Shown piece by piece: positions 1-12,094 of a DNA stretch of 64,000 bases. A model generated the notes under the pieces. It worked only from the letters and a program-made list of their open reading frames with translations. It was not told where the DNA came from and made no database searches. The stretch comes from Amphiscolops sp. MND2022 (taxonomy: Eukaryota). The position numbers and the translations under genes are program-made. The stretch covers positions 43,588,001 to 43,652,000 of the forward strand of contig OZ076413.1 in the NCBI GenBank assembly GCA_964187785.1, written 5' to 3'. Position 1 is the first letter of the stretch, and each line of letters starts with the position of its first letter.

Positions 1-1133
1 CGGAGTACAATGGACTGAATGGAATCTCCTTTGTGATTTGTTTCGCTGTTTTATATGTTTTGTTTTTATTTTGGGGCTATTCATTTGGCAGTTTTTTCAG
101 CATGCGTTGCAATGCCCTTTCAAGATCATATTGGACCCTCTTTCAGTGCTAATGTGCATTTTGTAAAACTTCCTAGTAGGTAGGTCCCACCTCGGTGCCT
201 CCCCGCTTGAAGTCGAAAATTGAAGAATCTCGCAAAATTACTACAGTTTCTGCTAGTGCCGTGAGAGGCACCACCCAAAAAAAATCTTAACACGGAATGG
301 AAAAAAGTGAAACGAGTTTTTAATCTAATTGATTTTATCGCTCAACACCTCAAAGATTCGCTAAAACATTGCTAAAAGATGCTAGAAAGTTCAAGTTCCA
401 GTCAATAAGTGCTAAAATTGTCCTTATGATGTTGCTAAAACCCACAGGGTATGTAGTTTTCTCTTTCGTTTGCCGAGGACGTATCCAATAGTTTTGAGGA
501 AAATTCAAAATGACCGATCTAGCAGGTACCTGAAAACAGGGGGGGAAAACAAAAAGACAGAGAGACTCAGAGAACCGAAAGGAATACCCCCAGAGACAAG
601 AAATGATACGTCAGAGGAGAAGACAGCATTGTATTGTGCTGTCTAACCCAGAGGAAGGCCTCAGAAGACCCAAAAAAATGTAACCTTCGAAGGTTTGCTC
701 CAAAAACCCTGAAAACTCGATGAGAGTGCAGTATGAACTGATCTTGAATAAATACATTTTGAATGTTGTTTCATTAATTGGTGATGGTACAGGATCTCCT
801 AGTTCTTTATTTTGCACATTTTAGATACTATTCAGCTAATAGAATGTATCTTTGCTAACCACGTGTTTTGAACCTCGGGTGTATGTAGGAAGTCGCAGGA
901 ACCTTAAATTACGTTCTTACAGGCTTGTGGCACGTGTCCGGACTTTGAGTATTCGGCACGTCGCCACGGAGCTCTAATTTGAGGAATCTCCTTAGAAGTA
1001 TGAAAAAGTCCTGTAGGAGACCTTTAGGGACTGAAAACGAATGTTTAGGGTAGCTATAGGACTCTGGTCTCCTGTCTAGGCAACTTGAGCATTGTCCCAG
1101 TTCCAGTATGTGCGTCACTAGCTTGACGTTACA
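1..1133 (+). mobile_element. 3' UTR + 3' LTR of a diverged relative of the giant gypsy element
   Basis: 930-1133 aligns by eye with the reverse complement of LTR 42711-42930 (GTCCGGACTTTGAG...GGCACGTCGCC...GAGCTCTAA...GACGTTACA end at 1133). The motifs GGTCCC..TCGGTGCC (183-200) and CGTTTGCCGAGGACG (467-481) match the 3' UTR at 43450-43795. The PPT and LTR start appear deleted near 481. Confidence 0.8.
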
Positions 1134-1199
1134 TAAAAATCTTGCTACCAACTAACGTTCATGAAATATTTTTCTCAACTTCAAATTTTGGTTATGGCC

Positions 1200-2950
1200 A
1201 AACTATCATCAAATTCAGAATAATGAGACAAAAGTTCTTGAGATTTCATAAACTTCAAAAGGTAGCATCTTTTCATTTTCAATTTCTCACATTTTAAAGA
1301 AATTTTTCTCAATTTTTCGATAGATATCATCGTGGTGTAGAATGTTGAAAACGTTTAACAAGGCACGAACTCGTTGTCCAAACATTTTCGATGAAGAGAT
1401 AAATGCTCTTTTCCAAATGAAATAAATAACTCAAATTGACACCGAAGATAACAAAAAACCGAAAATTCTCCATTTTTCAATGTTTTCATGCAATTTTTGT
1501 CCAAATTTAGATAGACTTCGGGGATTGGAATGTTGAAAACGTTCATCAAGGTAAGAATTCCGTGTCCAGAAGTTTTTAATGACTAGATATTTGCAGTTTT
1601 CCGAATGACAAAGGTCTCAAATTGACACCGAAACTGACAAAAAACCTAAAATTTTCCATTTTTCAAAGTTTTTATGCATTTTTTGTTAAAGTTTCGACAG
1701 ACATAGTCGACAGACAAACAACAGGGTTGGAATGTTGCAAGGGGTAAACTAGGCAAAATTGTGCTGTCCAGCTTGCTTAGATAAGAGATAAATGCAGAAT
1801 GGAAAATGTCTGGAATTGACACCGAAAAAGACAAAAATTTGGAACTTTTCACAATTTTTGTTCAATTTTTGTCAAACTATCGACAGATTTCGTTGACAAG
1901 AATGTTGATAATCCTCGAATAATAGATCAACTTGTTGTTTCAGTGAGCTTTCGTCAAGAGAAAAATAAAATTTGTAGAACAGAAATGCCTCAATTTGACC
2001 CTGAATTTGTAAAAAAAAATGTGTCAAAAAGTTTTGTCGTTTTTGATTCAAATTCTGTACAAATTGCGAGAGATTTCGTGTAAAATTCCATCACAATCAA
2101 CAACAAAACAAACGAAGTATGCAATAAACTTTTTGATGAGAACGTTGCAGCGTTTTGCTTTAAAACCAACAGAATAACTCCAAATGTGTCGAAAAATTTC
2201 AACATCATCGTTTTTGTGCAACAAATCTGTGTACTTTTTGAATCGTTTTGGAGTCAGAATGTTAACAAACGTTCAACAAAGATAAAACTAGTGATCCAGT
2301 AGGCCTTTAAAGGAAAATTTTCTGACTTCGGTTAGAAAATGGCTCAAAATCGACCGCAAAATGTCGAAAATGTCAAAATTTCTGCCATTTTTAGACCTTC
2401 TCAGTGAACTTTTGTTTGAGGTTGAAAAATTTCGTACAGATGAAAGCTTCCAAAAGCTCCAGACAAAACTAGGTCCACAGCACGTTTTTCGAAAAAAAAC
2501 TCTCACTTTTTCATAGAAGAAAGTTTCCTCAGATTGACCCATATGCTGCAAAAACAGAGAAATTTAGAGTTTTTTACATTTTTAGGCAGTTTTTTGTACA
2601 ATTTTTGAGCTACTTCCTTGCTAAAATTGATTTAAAAACTCAACAAGGACTAACCTGGTTTTCAGAAGGCAATTTTGAAGGTATAATTGCGTTTTTTGTA
2701 GGAATTAGTCTCAAAATCACCCTAAAATCCATGAAACAACAAAAAAGCACGTTTTTGACAAATTAATCCCAATTTTTGTTCAAACCACGAAAATTTCTGG
2801 AGAATAGAACTTCCATTGACCTGACTGTTGGAACAATGGAGTTTTCGAAACGCAATTTAGGAAGTAAGTGAGATGAAATTTGACCAAGTTTACAACAAAG
2901 GTGAAAAATTTCAAAATTTTTCTGTTTTCGAAAACATAGTTCTAAGTTCT
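1200..2950. repeat. degenerate ~180-185 bp tandem array (about 9 units)
   Basis: CTCAAATTGACACCGAA-like motif recurs near 1430, 1617, 1812, 1988, 2178, 2343, 2528 and 2710; GAATGTTGAAAACG-like motif near 1339, 1528, 1730, 1900 and 2257. Confidence 0.7.
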
Positions 2951-3801
2951 AATTTTGGACAGTTTCCGAAGGTTTATGTGTTTATTTCAATTAGAACTAC
3001 CATAGGCTCACGATTGAATTGTGTAGCTACCGGTAGTGTTTCCAAAAGATATCAGACAAATTTATTTGCACACTTTTCCTAAACTTTCTTGAAAACGCAA
3101 ATTTTGACCTTATTTATACAATATTAACATTCAATAAGCTCCAAGTAAAACTGCTAGATCTGGAGTACTCTTTTCAGATGAAATTGTTTGAAGCTACTTA
3201 GTGAGTTAGAATGGTGTGAGCATTCAACAGCAACTAAAATAGGTGTCGAGTAGGTTTATTTTTAAAGAGTTATCTGTAGATTCATGTTAGAAAAGTTCCT
3301 TAAATTACCCTCAGAGTTTTCGGAATGGTTTCCACTTTTTGACACATCTGGTGAATTTATGTGCAATAGTATAATAAAGCAGGACCTTTCAAGTTTCTTG
3401 AACTTGTCATCGGCCTAGTTTCAAGTTTTTCCTGTTTTTTAAATGCCCAAAACTGCCCCAATACTCTTGAGACTCGGAAACCTTTTCCCAGCAAGAATCA
3501 CGAAAAATCTTTTTTTTCACTTTTTTGTGAAGTCCTATGATGGCGGAACAAGTTTCAGCTTGCAAAACTACTTTTTTTCAAGCCTAAATCAGCTAAAAAC
3601 GGAAAGGGGACACCCTTCGACTGAATGAAAGTTTCCGAAAGACGCACAGAGTCGAAAAATTCGAAATTAGAGGTTTTTTCAACAATCAGTAAGCACCCTC
3701 ATCAGTTCCATATGATTAAAAGTAAAAAAGTGGTTACAAAGTGCTTACGAAGTATCAAAGAGAAAAAACAAACCTTCAAGACTCAGAAAATTAACTAAGA
3801 T

Positions 3802-3908
3802 AAATTTTTCGGAAATGATTTTTTTTAGTGTTTGAGGTTTTCTGTAAAGGAAATAGTATTTCCTTTACAGAAAACCTCAAACACTAAAATTTTATTTCCG
3901 AAAAATTT
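3802..3908. repeat. long palindrome/hairpin (perfect core about 33-bp arms, 1-nt loop), copy 1
   Basis: TTTTAGTGTTTGAGGTTTTCTGTAAAGGAAATA-G-TATTTCCTTTACAGAAAACCTCAAACACTAAAA centred on 3856, extended imperfectly by AAATTTTTCGGAAAT/ATTTCCGAAAAATTT. Confidence 0.95.
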
Positions 3909-5378
3909 CTCTTTATTCGTTAAGTCGCATAGTGCCGAAAAAGCGTAAAGTGGCCAGCTATCGCAGAAATAAAAAATTAAGTTTCTTTCAAAAATGGGCT
4001 ATAATGAATTAAAGTTTTTTTTATTCGAACTTATTTGCGTTTTTATAGTGGATTGGCTGGCTATTCTTGAGCCTCAAACAGTTTGTAGGCGGAAAATATC
4101 TCGCTGCTCAGTTTATATAATCAACCGCTAATTAGGCGGATACATGTAGTGAATATTCTGGAATGATAAAGATCTTTGTTAGTGACATTCGATGCGCCAG
4201 ATAGAAGTTTATTGGAACCCAATGAAATCCTTGAAAAACCCTTTGCAATGCCGTGAGCTTTGTTTGTAAGCAATTCCATCGTTGAGGCACGACGGGACAT
4301 AGGAAAAAGTGGATTAAGATGTTCACACATCAAGCTAGTTAGTTTCTGTTTGTTTATTCAAACCACGAAAATTTCTGGAGAATAGAACTTCCATTGACCT
4401 GACCGTTGAAACAATGGAGTTTTCGAAACGCAATTTAGGAAGTAAGTGAGATGAAATTTGACCAAGTTTACAACAAAGGTGAAAAATTTCAAAATTTTTC
4501 TGTTTTCGAAAACATAGTTCTAACTTCTAATTTTGGACAGTTTCCGAAGGTTTATGTGTTTATTTCAATTAGAACTACCATAGGCTCACGATTGAATTGT
4601 GTAGCTACCGGTAGTGTTTCCAAAAGATATCAGACAAATTTATTTGCACACTTTTCCTAAACTTTCTTGAAAACGCAAATTTTGACCTTATTTATACAAT
4701 ATTAACATTCAATAAGCTCCAAGTAAAACTGCTAGATCTGGAGTACTCTTTTCAGATGAAATTGTTTGAAGCTACTTAGTGAGTTAGAATGGTGTGAGCA
4801 TTCAACAGCAACTAAAATAGGTGTCGAGTAGGTTTATTTTTAAAGAGTTATCTGTAGATTCATGTTAGAAAAGTTCCTTAAATTACCCTCAGAGTTTTCG
4901 GAATTGTTTCCACTTTTTGACACATCTGGTGAATTTATGTGCAATAGTATAACAACGCAGGACCTTTCAAGTTTCTTGAACTTGTCATCGGCCTAGTTTC
5001 AAGTTTTTCCTGTTTTTTAAATGCCCAAAACTGCCCCAATACTCTTGAGACTCGGAAACCTTTTCCCAGCAAGAATCTCGAAAAATCCTATTTTTTCACT
5101 TTTTTGTGAAGTCCTATGATGGCGGAACAAGTTTCAGCTTGCAAAACTACTTTTTTTCAAGCCTAAATCAGCTAAAAAGGGAAAGGGGACACCCTTCGAC
5201 TGAATGAAAGTTTCCGAAAGACGCACAGAGTCGAAAAATTCGAAATTAGGTTTTTTCAACAATCAGTAAGCACCCTCATCAGTTCCATATGATTAAAAGT
5301 AAAAAAGTGGTTACAAAGAGGTTACGAAGTATCAAAGAGAAAAAACAAACCTTCAAGACTCAGAAAATTAACTAAGAT

Positions 5379-5485
5379 AAATTTTTCGGAAATGATTTTT
5401 TTTAGTGTTTGAGGTTTTCTGTAAAGGAAATAGTATTTCCTTTACAGAAAACCTCAAACACTAAAATTTTATTTCCGAAAAATTT
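5379..5485. repeat. long palindrome/hairpin, copy 2
   Basis: Same palindrome in the second duplication unit, centred on 5433. Confidence 0.95.
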
Positions 5486-6380
5486 CTCTTTATTCGTTAA
5501 GTCGCATAGTGCCGAAAAAGCGTAAAGTGGCCAGCTATCGCAGAAATAATAAATTAAGTTTCTTTCAAAAATGGGCTATAATGAATTAAAGTTTTTTTTT
5601 ATTCGAACTTATTTGCGTTTTTATAGTGGATTGGCTGGCTATTCTTGAGCCTCAAACAGTTTGGGGGCGGAAAATATCTCGCTGCTCAGTTTATATAATC
5701 AACCGCTAATTAGGCGGATACATGTAGTGAATATTCTGGAATGATAAAGATCTTTGTTAGTGACATTCGATGCGCCAGATAGAAGTTTATTGGAACCCAA
5801 TGAAATCCTTGAAAAACCCTTTGCAATGCCGTGAGCTTTGTTTGTAAGCAATTCCATCGTTGAGGCACGACGGGACATAGGAAAAAGCGGATTAAGATGT
5901 TCACACATCAAGCTAGTTAGTTTCTGTTTGTTTATTCAACTCTAAAGCCATCAGCACTCTAAAACATTTCTGTGTTGGTGACTTTGATGAATTGCGCTAA
6001 TACATGATATCGCAGTAAGTTTTGTCGAAAAAAATCCCCCATTTCAATTTTTTGATGTTGTTACTGACCTCGTCTAGTAGATGTTTTCAACGTAGAAGTC
6101 GTGGGGACAGTGTGCACGCATGCATCACTTTTGATAAAGTTTAGAAACTTCAGGGACCCTGCATGAAAAATTTTGTAAAAACTTTCCTGCATCTTGTAAA
6201 AACTTATAAAACTTTCCCTGCATCTCGGAAAATCTTGAAAAAATTTTCATGCGCTTTGAAAAAAGACCCTGCAGTCTATAAAAAAATTGAAAAGGTTCAA
6301 GCAATTGGTAGGAAAAACTCTCGTGCAATTCAAGGAACTTTAAAGGAAGTTCAATAAAAAACCTATCAACCCAACCCCAG

Positions 6381-6470
6381 ACTTGACTGTGGGTGAGCGA
6401 CTGTTGGAGCTACACAACTACCATAGACGCAACGGTGATATCCAGGAGCTGGCTTGGAACCAGAGTTTAG
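6381..6470 (+). CDS. CAP/SCP (PR-1/antigen 5/CRISP) domain gene, N-terminal-domain exon
   Basis: ccccag|...|gtgag; translates LTVGERLLELHNYHRRNGDIQELAWNQSL, the CAP HNxxR...LxW motif. Too short for the ORF track. Confidence 0.75.
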
Positions 6471-7753
6471 GTGAGATATCAACTGTTGTTTACTACACCC
6501 CGGTTTTTGATCAAATATCTGTCAGGTAGTAAATTCAACCTTCTCTAACTCACCAGAGTTAGTTTCTACAGTTTTGAAAAACTTTAGCAAAAAATTGAAA
6601 TGTTTGACTGAAATATGAACAATATAGTATCAATAGTTGTGAATAATATATACCCAGGTTGACTTCCATGGTAAAATACATGCAAATTATGAAAAACAGT
6701 TAGAATAGTGTTTGAATCAATTCTGTCACGAAAAGATTATACAAAAAATCAAACATTAACTAGAGCAAGGAAAATTTTATGAGCAAGAATCATATCAGCG
6801 GTAGCCATATTTACACACAACCTTTTTGCGGCCGCTATCAATTTTGAAAATAAAAAAGTCTCAATTGTTCCGTTTGTTATCAAACTGATATTTGTTATCT
6901 GTAATGTAAAACTTTCGGTGCCGTTGAGTGAAACCAACGGAAATTCCAAGTTATTATATAAAGTCAGGATGGATAATTTTCTGAACCGACGATAGGATAT
7001 TTAAATCTCTGAGTAAAATCAGAGAAGTTCTCTCTCTGAAGGATTTTTGAACCGTTGATTGAAACCAATGAGACCTACGAAACCCGGAGTTATTTTAAAC
7101 TGCAGCCACGTCAACGCTAGGTGGCTGGCATGAGTTACATGGAATCAATCGTAGTTACAATTGATGCGAATCGAACATACAATTCATGCGAGACTAGAGG
7201 GTTTCTCTTTTTTTTGGAATTGTAACACTTTTTTGGAAAAAAAAACAAATTCGCCAAAGGGTAACCCTTCAATTTTTTGCAAGTTTTGTACGTTTTTGGT
7301 TGTTTTGTCGGCATGAATATTCACAGAGTTCAGCGACAAAACATTTAGTTTCTTAAAATTTTTACCAGGAAAAAATCGTGTAAGATGAGCATAAAAGTGT
7401 CAATGAATCTTTCAGTATTTGAACTTTCGGTGCAAGTTTTGAAACTCTTCGCTGGATTGAGTTTATTGGATACGCCCTAGTTTCGATTTCGTTCCCGATT
7501 ATCAGCGAGTAGCCAATGCGGTTTTGAGTCCGAAGTGGCGCGCCGACTCGAGACGTTCCTGTTTTGTTTGAAATGATGTTGCGCGTAAGATGTGTTTTTT
7601 TTTAATATTACCAATTAAATGTTACTTGAGTGAACGAAGAAAGCCAGAATATTCTCTAAATAATCTTAGCGTCGTTTAAAGGAACTCGATGATTGTCTAC
7701 GGAATTTATGTTCTTGCAGACTTCTAAAAATGCTCGAACCAAAATATCAGCCG

Positions 7754-8226
7754 AGCAAGCCGGGACCGGCCCAAGTCGGCGCCATATCTAAGGCTCAAAA
7801 AAAGCAAAAGGACTTCAAAGTGTCAAAGTATTCTCTTCTACAGTACCTGGAAACCCCAAAAAGTTGAACCGAATTGGCGTGCTGAAAGGGGTGACCCTTT
7901 CGGATTTTTTAACATCCATTGTTGCAAAACATTAAAAAATTGAAGGGAGACCCTTTGTTGAAAAAATTTTTCTCAAAAAAATGTCGCACAATGCCGAAAA
8001 AAACTGAAGGGGGGACCATTTAGTCTCGGTCGGTAATATATGTTACGCGAAAAAAAGGAAAAACCTTTTTGATTCAGTTCGCTAGGCCAAATGGTTCAAT
8101 TTGACACCATTAAATTTTGTAGAACTTGAAGAACTATTTTGGTCACTTCTGCTGTATCGAAAAAATAACACTGACGAAAAGCCATGACTATAGTCGGCTC
8201 TTTTCAAGAAAAGCGCCGACTAAAAA
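7754..8226. mobile_element. DINE-1/HINE-like non-autonomous Helentron-type element, copy A
   Basis: Begins (A)CAAGCCGGGACCGGCCCAAGTCGGCGCC and ends TAGTCGGC..GCGCCGACTAAAAA; asymmetric sub-terminal inverted repeats with terminal hairpins; three copies share termini but differ internally. Confidence 0.7.
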
Positions 8227-9730
8227 CATGGAACCTTATGAAAAAACATGGAAACCATACAAAGATCACATAGTATACACGAAAGTCTTACAGTGGCCAT
8301 GTATAACGCATCAGTCATAGCAAGACCATAAAACGTTTTTCGCCTGTTAGTTTCTAGTTTCTTGCCTGCTAGTATGACCTCTGTTAGGTCGACCCTGGCC
8401 TGCGTCAGGGCAGTATTAACTAAAACCACTTTTCTGAATGAGGCTTTGTAGTTTCACTGGGGAAAACAGTTAAGCCACTGTTTCTTCAGAGAATGTTCAA
8501 AGATCATTCTTTTTAACGTAAACGTTTTAACTTGGGATTTTTGAAAAACAATAGATGATCGACATGGAACGATCGATCTCATGATACGCTCAACACTTTT
8601 TGTTATCTTTTGAAAAAAAGCGTTTTTGAGAAATTGAAGTGGCAAAACATGCTGTGTCGTTACAATAATGTTTCCTGATAATTTGAAAGCAGAAAAGATC
8701 ACGTACCTTCCGCAGATAATTGGTCCATGGTCGTACCATGGTCATTGTATGATTTGAATGGTTTTTTCTTGTGCATGGTTTTTTTTTACTAAAAAGATTT
8801 CAGACTTTACCATATAAAACAATTCATATTCTACATGGTTTTTGTATGGATGTCAACACGGGAATTGAATCAAACACTGGAATTTATTTTCAGTCATCGT
8901 AAAAGTGCGGCAGCTGCTCTAGAATTCAAATTTATCCACTAGAGAAAGTTTCGACTGTTCTCTCCTTTTTTGAAACATTTCTTCGCAACATTTACAAAGG
9001 ATGTAATCTTTTTCAACATTCTTTGTCAACAACGAAAGTCGTGAACAACATTTTGCATCAACTAAAAGTCTGAAAACACCCACTTTTGATTCCCACATTC
9101 AAACTCATCGATTGAAACTAACAACTGTTGACCAAAGATTTCCTTTGAATGGGAAAGTACAGGTCCAGATTGATCGGAAACGTCTATCTTTTCTTAACTT
9201 CTTGTTGCTTTTTGAAAAATTCTCTCGATCTATCAATCAATCTGGGTCGCTCTAAATGAGCCGAAAGATTATTGAAAGAAAGCTAAAGGTAAAGCCCCAA
9301 AGTTTTATCAGAACATTTTGTACATTTACCGCAACTTCAATTGCGCAGTTAGTTAATCAGCTTAATTGTCTCAACAGAACCCGCTTTATGATGATGTTTC
9401 AGCTTTGAAAATATGTGAGGCAATCAAAACCGAAGACGAATGCATGTACCCTTCAAAACAAGAGTTTGCAAACTCATTGGAACATCTTGGTTGGTGGTTA
9501 ACTTGTTGAATTTTAATTGCTGTGAGGATTATATTCCTGCTTTTGAAAAAAAAGACTGGGGCTATCTAAATGATCCCAATTTCAAGAAGTTTGAGTTCTC
9601 GACAAGATTCTGCCATAAGCAAAGCTAGTTAGGAACATCTGGATTGGTTTTCAGATAAGTTGGTTCGGCTCATCAAATGTCATCATGCAATAATTACTTA
9701 AAAAAGGATTAGCTCTTGATAGTCTCGAGA

Positions 9731-11880
9731 TAAGATAAGATAAGTTAATTTAATTGGATAAAGATATTAAATAAAATAATATTCTATTTCATACAAAGAT
9801 GAATTATTATCCAATTGGGATGGAAAAGGAGCTTAATAGCTCTTCGAGTTTCCACCCTTGAAAACCAGTTAGGTACCCTTTCAGTTAGGAGAAAGATAAA
9901 CCACTTCCTAAAAGAATAATGTCACAAGTTGCTCATTATCAACAACATATAACGAACTAATTTTCTGTGTTAATTTCATAGTTTGAGTTTTACTCATTGT
10001 CGCAAGGTCTTCGGGTAAAAGATTGAATTGTTTAAGCCAATTATGACATTTTATCAAAACATTGGTAAGACATTTTTGTTTCACTATCGTCCTACTCCAG
10101 GTGAGCGGTAAAGGATTTTTTTGCTTAGATCTTCTTTCTATTTTGTCATTCGTGGTAGCTTCAATGTTTGAAAGGAGCAAATTAGGTGATTTTGATTGTA
10201 GTTGTCGGAACAATTCCTTCATTACTTCAACAATGTAAAGTTCAAAAACTGTTAATACTCCATTCCGACGTAGTATGTTGCTTATGGAATCATACTTTTT
10301 TTTGAAAAAAATGCCTCTCAAAATTCTACGTTGGGCCATTTCTATTTTTCTGAGGTTGCTTTTTGCTGATGTTCCATATATCAAAAGTCCATAACAAATA
10401 ACAGATTTTGCAAAGCTATTGTAAAACATTAGCAAGCATTTTTTGTTGTAGTAATGTCGAATTCTATAAATAAGTCCACAAAATTTATTTAATTTTTTCA
10501 CAACACGATTAATATGTTCATGAAATCGTAATCGACTATCTATATGCACACCTAAGTACCTGCATGATTTATTAAACGGTATCTTTTTGGACATCATTGT
10601 TATTTCAAGTGGCTTTCCTGATCCAAACGGAACAACTTCACATTTATCCAAATTAACAGATAATTTATTTTTTGTAAACCAGTTAGTCAGTGAGTTTATA
10701 TCTTCTTCAATTGAAATATCATTTCTGTTACCCGCTTTTATTACACTGGTATCATCCGCAAACAATGCAAGTTTGCTACTGTGTATACCTTCACTGAGGT
10801 CATTGATATAGATAAGAAAAAGCAAAGGACCAAGCACAGAAACTTGTGGTACGCCAGTTAGTAGTGTTTGCATTTTGGTTACTTTTTCATCATGATAAAC
10901 ATATTGTGTTCGATTTTCCAAGTAAGATTTCAGAAGATCATTGACGGGTCCACGAAAACCTAAAAAATTTAGCTTTTTCAATAGAATGCTATGGTCAAGG
11001 GTATCAAATGCTTTATGCAAATCTATGAAGCAGGCATGTCCAGTATGTTTCTTTTCAATGGCTTCCCTAATATATTCCGTTACCGTAGATATTGCATCGA
11101 CACATGATCTACTTGAACGAAATCCATATTGATCAGAACTTATCAATTTATGTTTTTTACAAAACTTCAAAATCCTTTTATAAAGTAATTTCTCAAAAAC
11201 TTTACTGATTGAGCTCAGCAAACTAATCGGTCGATAATTTTCAGGTTTTTCATAATCCCCCTTCTTGTATAGCGGAATGACTTTTGCAACTTTCAATGTT
11301 TCAGGGAATACATGTTCATTAATAGCTTTATTGATGGCGTCTGCTAAAAAAGAATCTACTACTGGTGAACAACATTTGAGTATTTCATTACTGATGCCGT
11401 CATGGCCAGTACTTTTCTTATTTTTTAACTGCTTGATTATTTTTGAAACTTCTAAATGGTCAGTAGGGTGTATAACCATTGAATTTAGGATCTTTCGTGA
11501 CTCATAATTGAATGGCATGGATTGCAACTTGGATGACAGAAGCGTTCCGACAGAAGCAAAATGATTATTCAGATTATCCAAATCAGGCATTTTCCGCGGT
11601 TTTTGTTGCTGTTGTTTGAAAGTTTTAAGACTTTTATAAATCATTTTAGACGTTGGAGTTGGACCTAATTTTTTGATATTGGCATTCTTTTTTTCAGATC
11701 TTATCAACGATGTAACTTTGTTTCTGAATGTTTTGTAAGCTCGTTCGCTATCCGTCGTCGGACTTTTTATCCACTTTTGGAAGAGTTCATCACGTTTTAC
11801 AATTGCATTCTTAATTTTGTTTGTTATCCAATCGTTTTGATCGTAGTGCGAATTGAGTTCCCGTTCAGGAGAGTTCCCGT
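9731..11880 (-). mobile_element. 5'-truncated CR1/L2-group non-LTR retrotransposon
   Basis: RT ORF, 3' UTR stem-loop (GAGCT..AGCTC near 9829-9843), (ATCTT)n microsatellite tail near 9729-9744, candidate 8-bp TSD TCTCGAGA at 9723-9730 and 11881-11888. Confidence 0.9.
9908..11707 (-). CDS. LINE ORF2 reverse transcriptase (APE endonuclease missing by truncation; frame stays open to about 11845)
   Basis: NYRPISLL, QYGFR, FIDLHKAFD, GVPQVSVLGP (G->V lesion), LFADDT, YLGVHID. Confidence 0.95.
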   Translation of the reverse strand: MIRSEKKNANIKKLGPTPTSKMIYKSLKTFKQQQQKPRKMPDLDNLNNHFASVGTLLSSKLQSMPFNYESRKILNSMVIHPTDHLEVSKIIKQLKNKKSTGHDGISNEILKCCSPVVDSFLADAINKAINEHVFPETLKVAKVIPLYKKGDYEKPENYRPISLLSSISKVFEKLLYKRILKFCKKHKLISSDQYGFRSSRSCVDAISTVTEYIREAIEKKHTGHACFIDLHKAFDTLDHSILLKKLNFLGFRGPVNDLLKSYLENRTQYVYHDEKVTKMQTLLTGVPQVSVLGPLLFLIYINDLSEGIHSSKLALFADDTSVIKAGNRNDISIEEDINSLTNWFTKNKLSVNLDKCEVVPFGSGKPLEITMMSKKIPFNKSCRYLGVHIDSRLRFHEHINRVVKKLNKFCGLIYRIRHYYNKKCLLMFYNSFAKSVICYGLLIYGTSAKSNLRKIEMAQRRILRGIFFKKKYDSISNILRRNGVLTVFELYIVEVMKELFRQLQSKSPNLLLSNIEATTNDKIERRSKQKNPLPLTWSRTIVKQKCLTNVLIKCHNWLKQFNLLPEDLATMSKTQTMKLTQKISSLYVVDNEQLVTLFF

Positions 11881-12094
11881 TCTCGAGAATATACGACTAA
11901 ACACAACAGATCATACAAGTTTTCTTCTGTGGTTGAGAATCTGATTTAATACAGATTATGTTCAGGTCGGGGGCATAAACTTTTAAATGTGGTTTCAGAA
12001 ATGCCTCTAAGTGACTAGTTGGCTTGAAATACAATTTCAACTGGAACTTTCGATGAAAGGGCTATCGGCGAACTTAAACAGTAGAAACAAAATG

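Larger units (their letters stand above)
2779..5939. repeat. recent tandem duplication, 2 x 1578 bp
   Basis: Near-identical copies 2779-4356 and 4357-5939 (ORF pairs 2873/4451 and 4121/5699 are offset by 1578); TTCAA microhomology at all three junctions. Confidence 0.95.

Noticed and set aside
1200..2950. CRISPR-like repeat-spacer array
   Set aside because: Units are degenerate along their full length, the context is eukaryotic and there are no cas genes
611..6357. Short 60-90 aa ORFs in repeats and LTR
   Set aside because: Chance ORFs in AT-rich repeats, duplicated only because the DNA is duplicated
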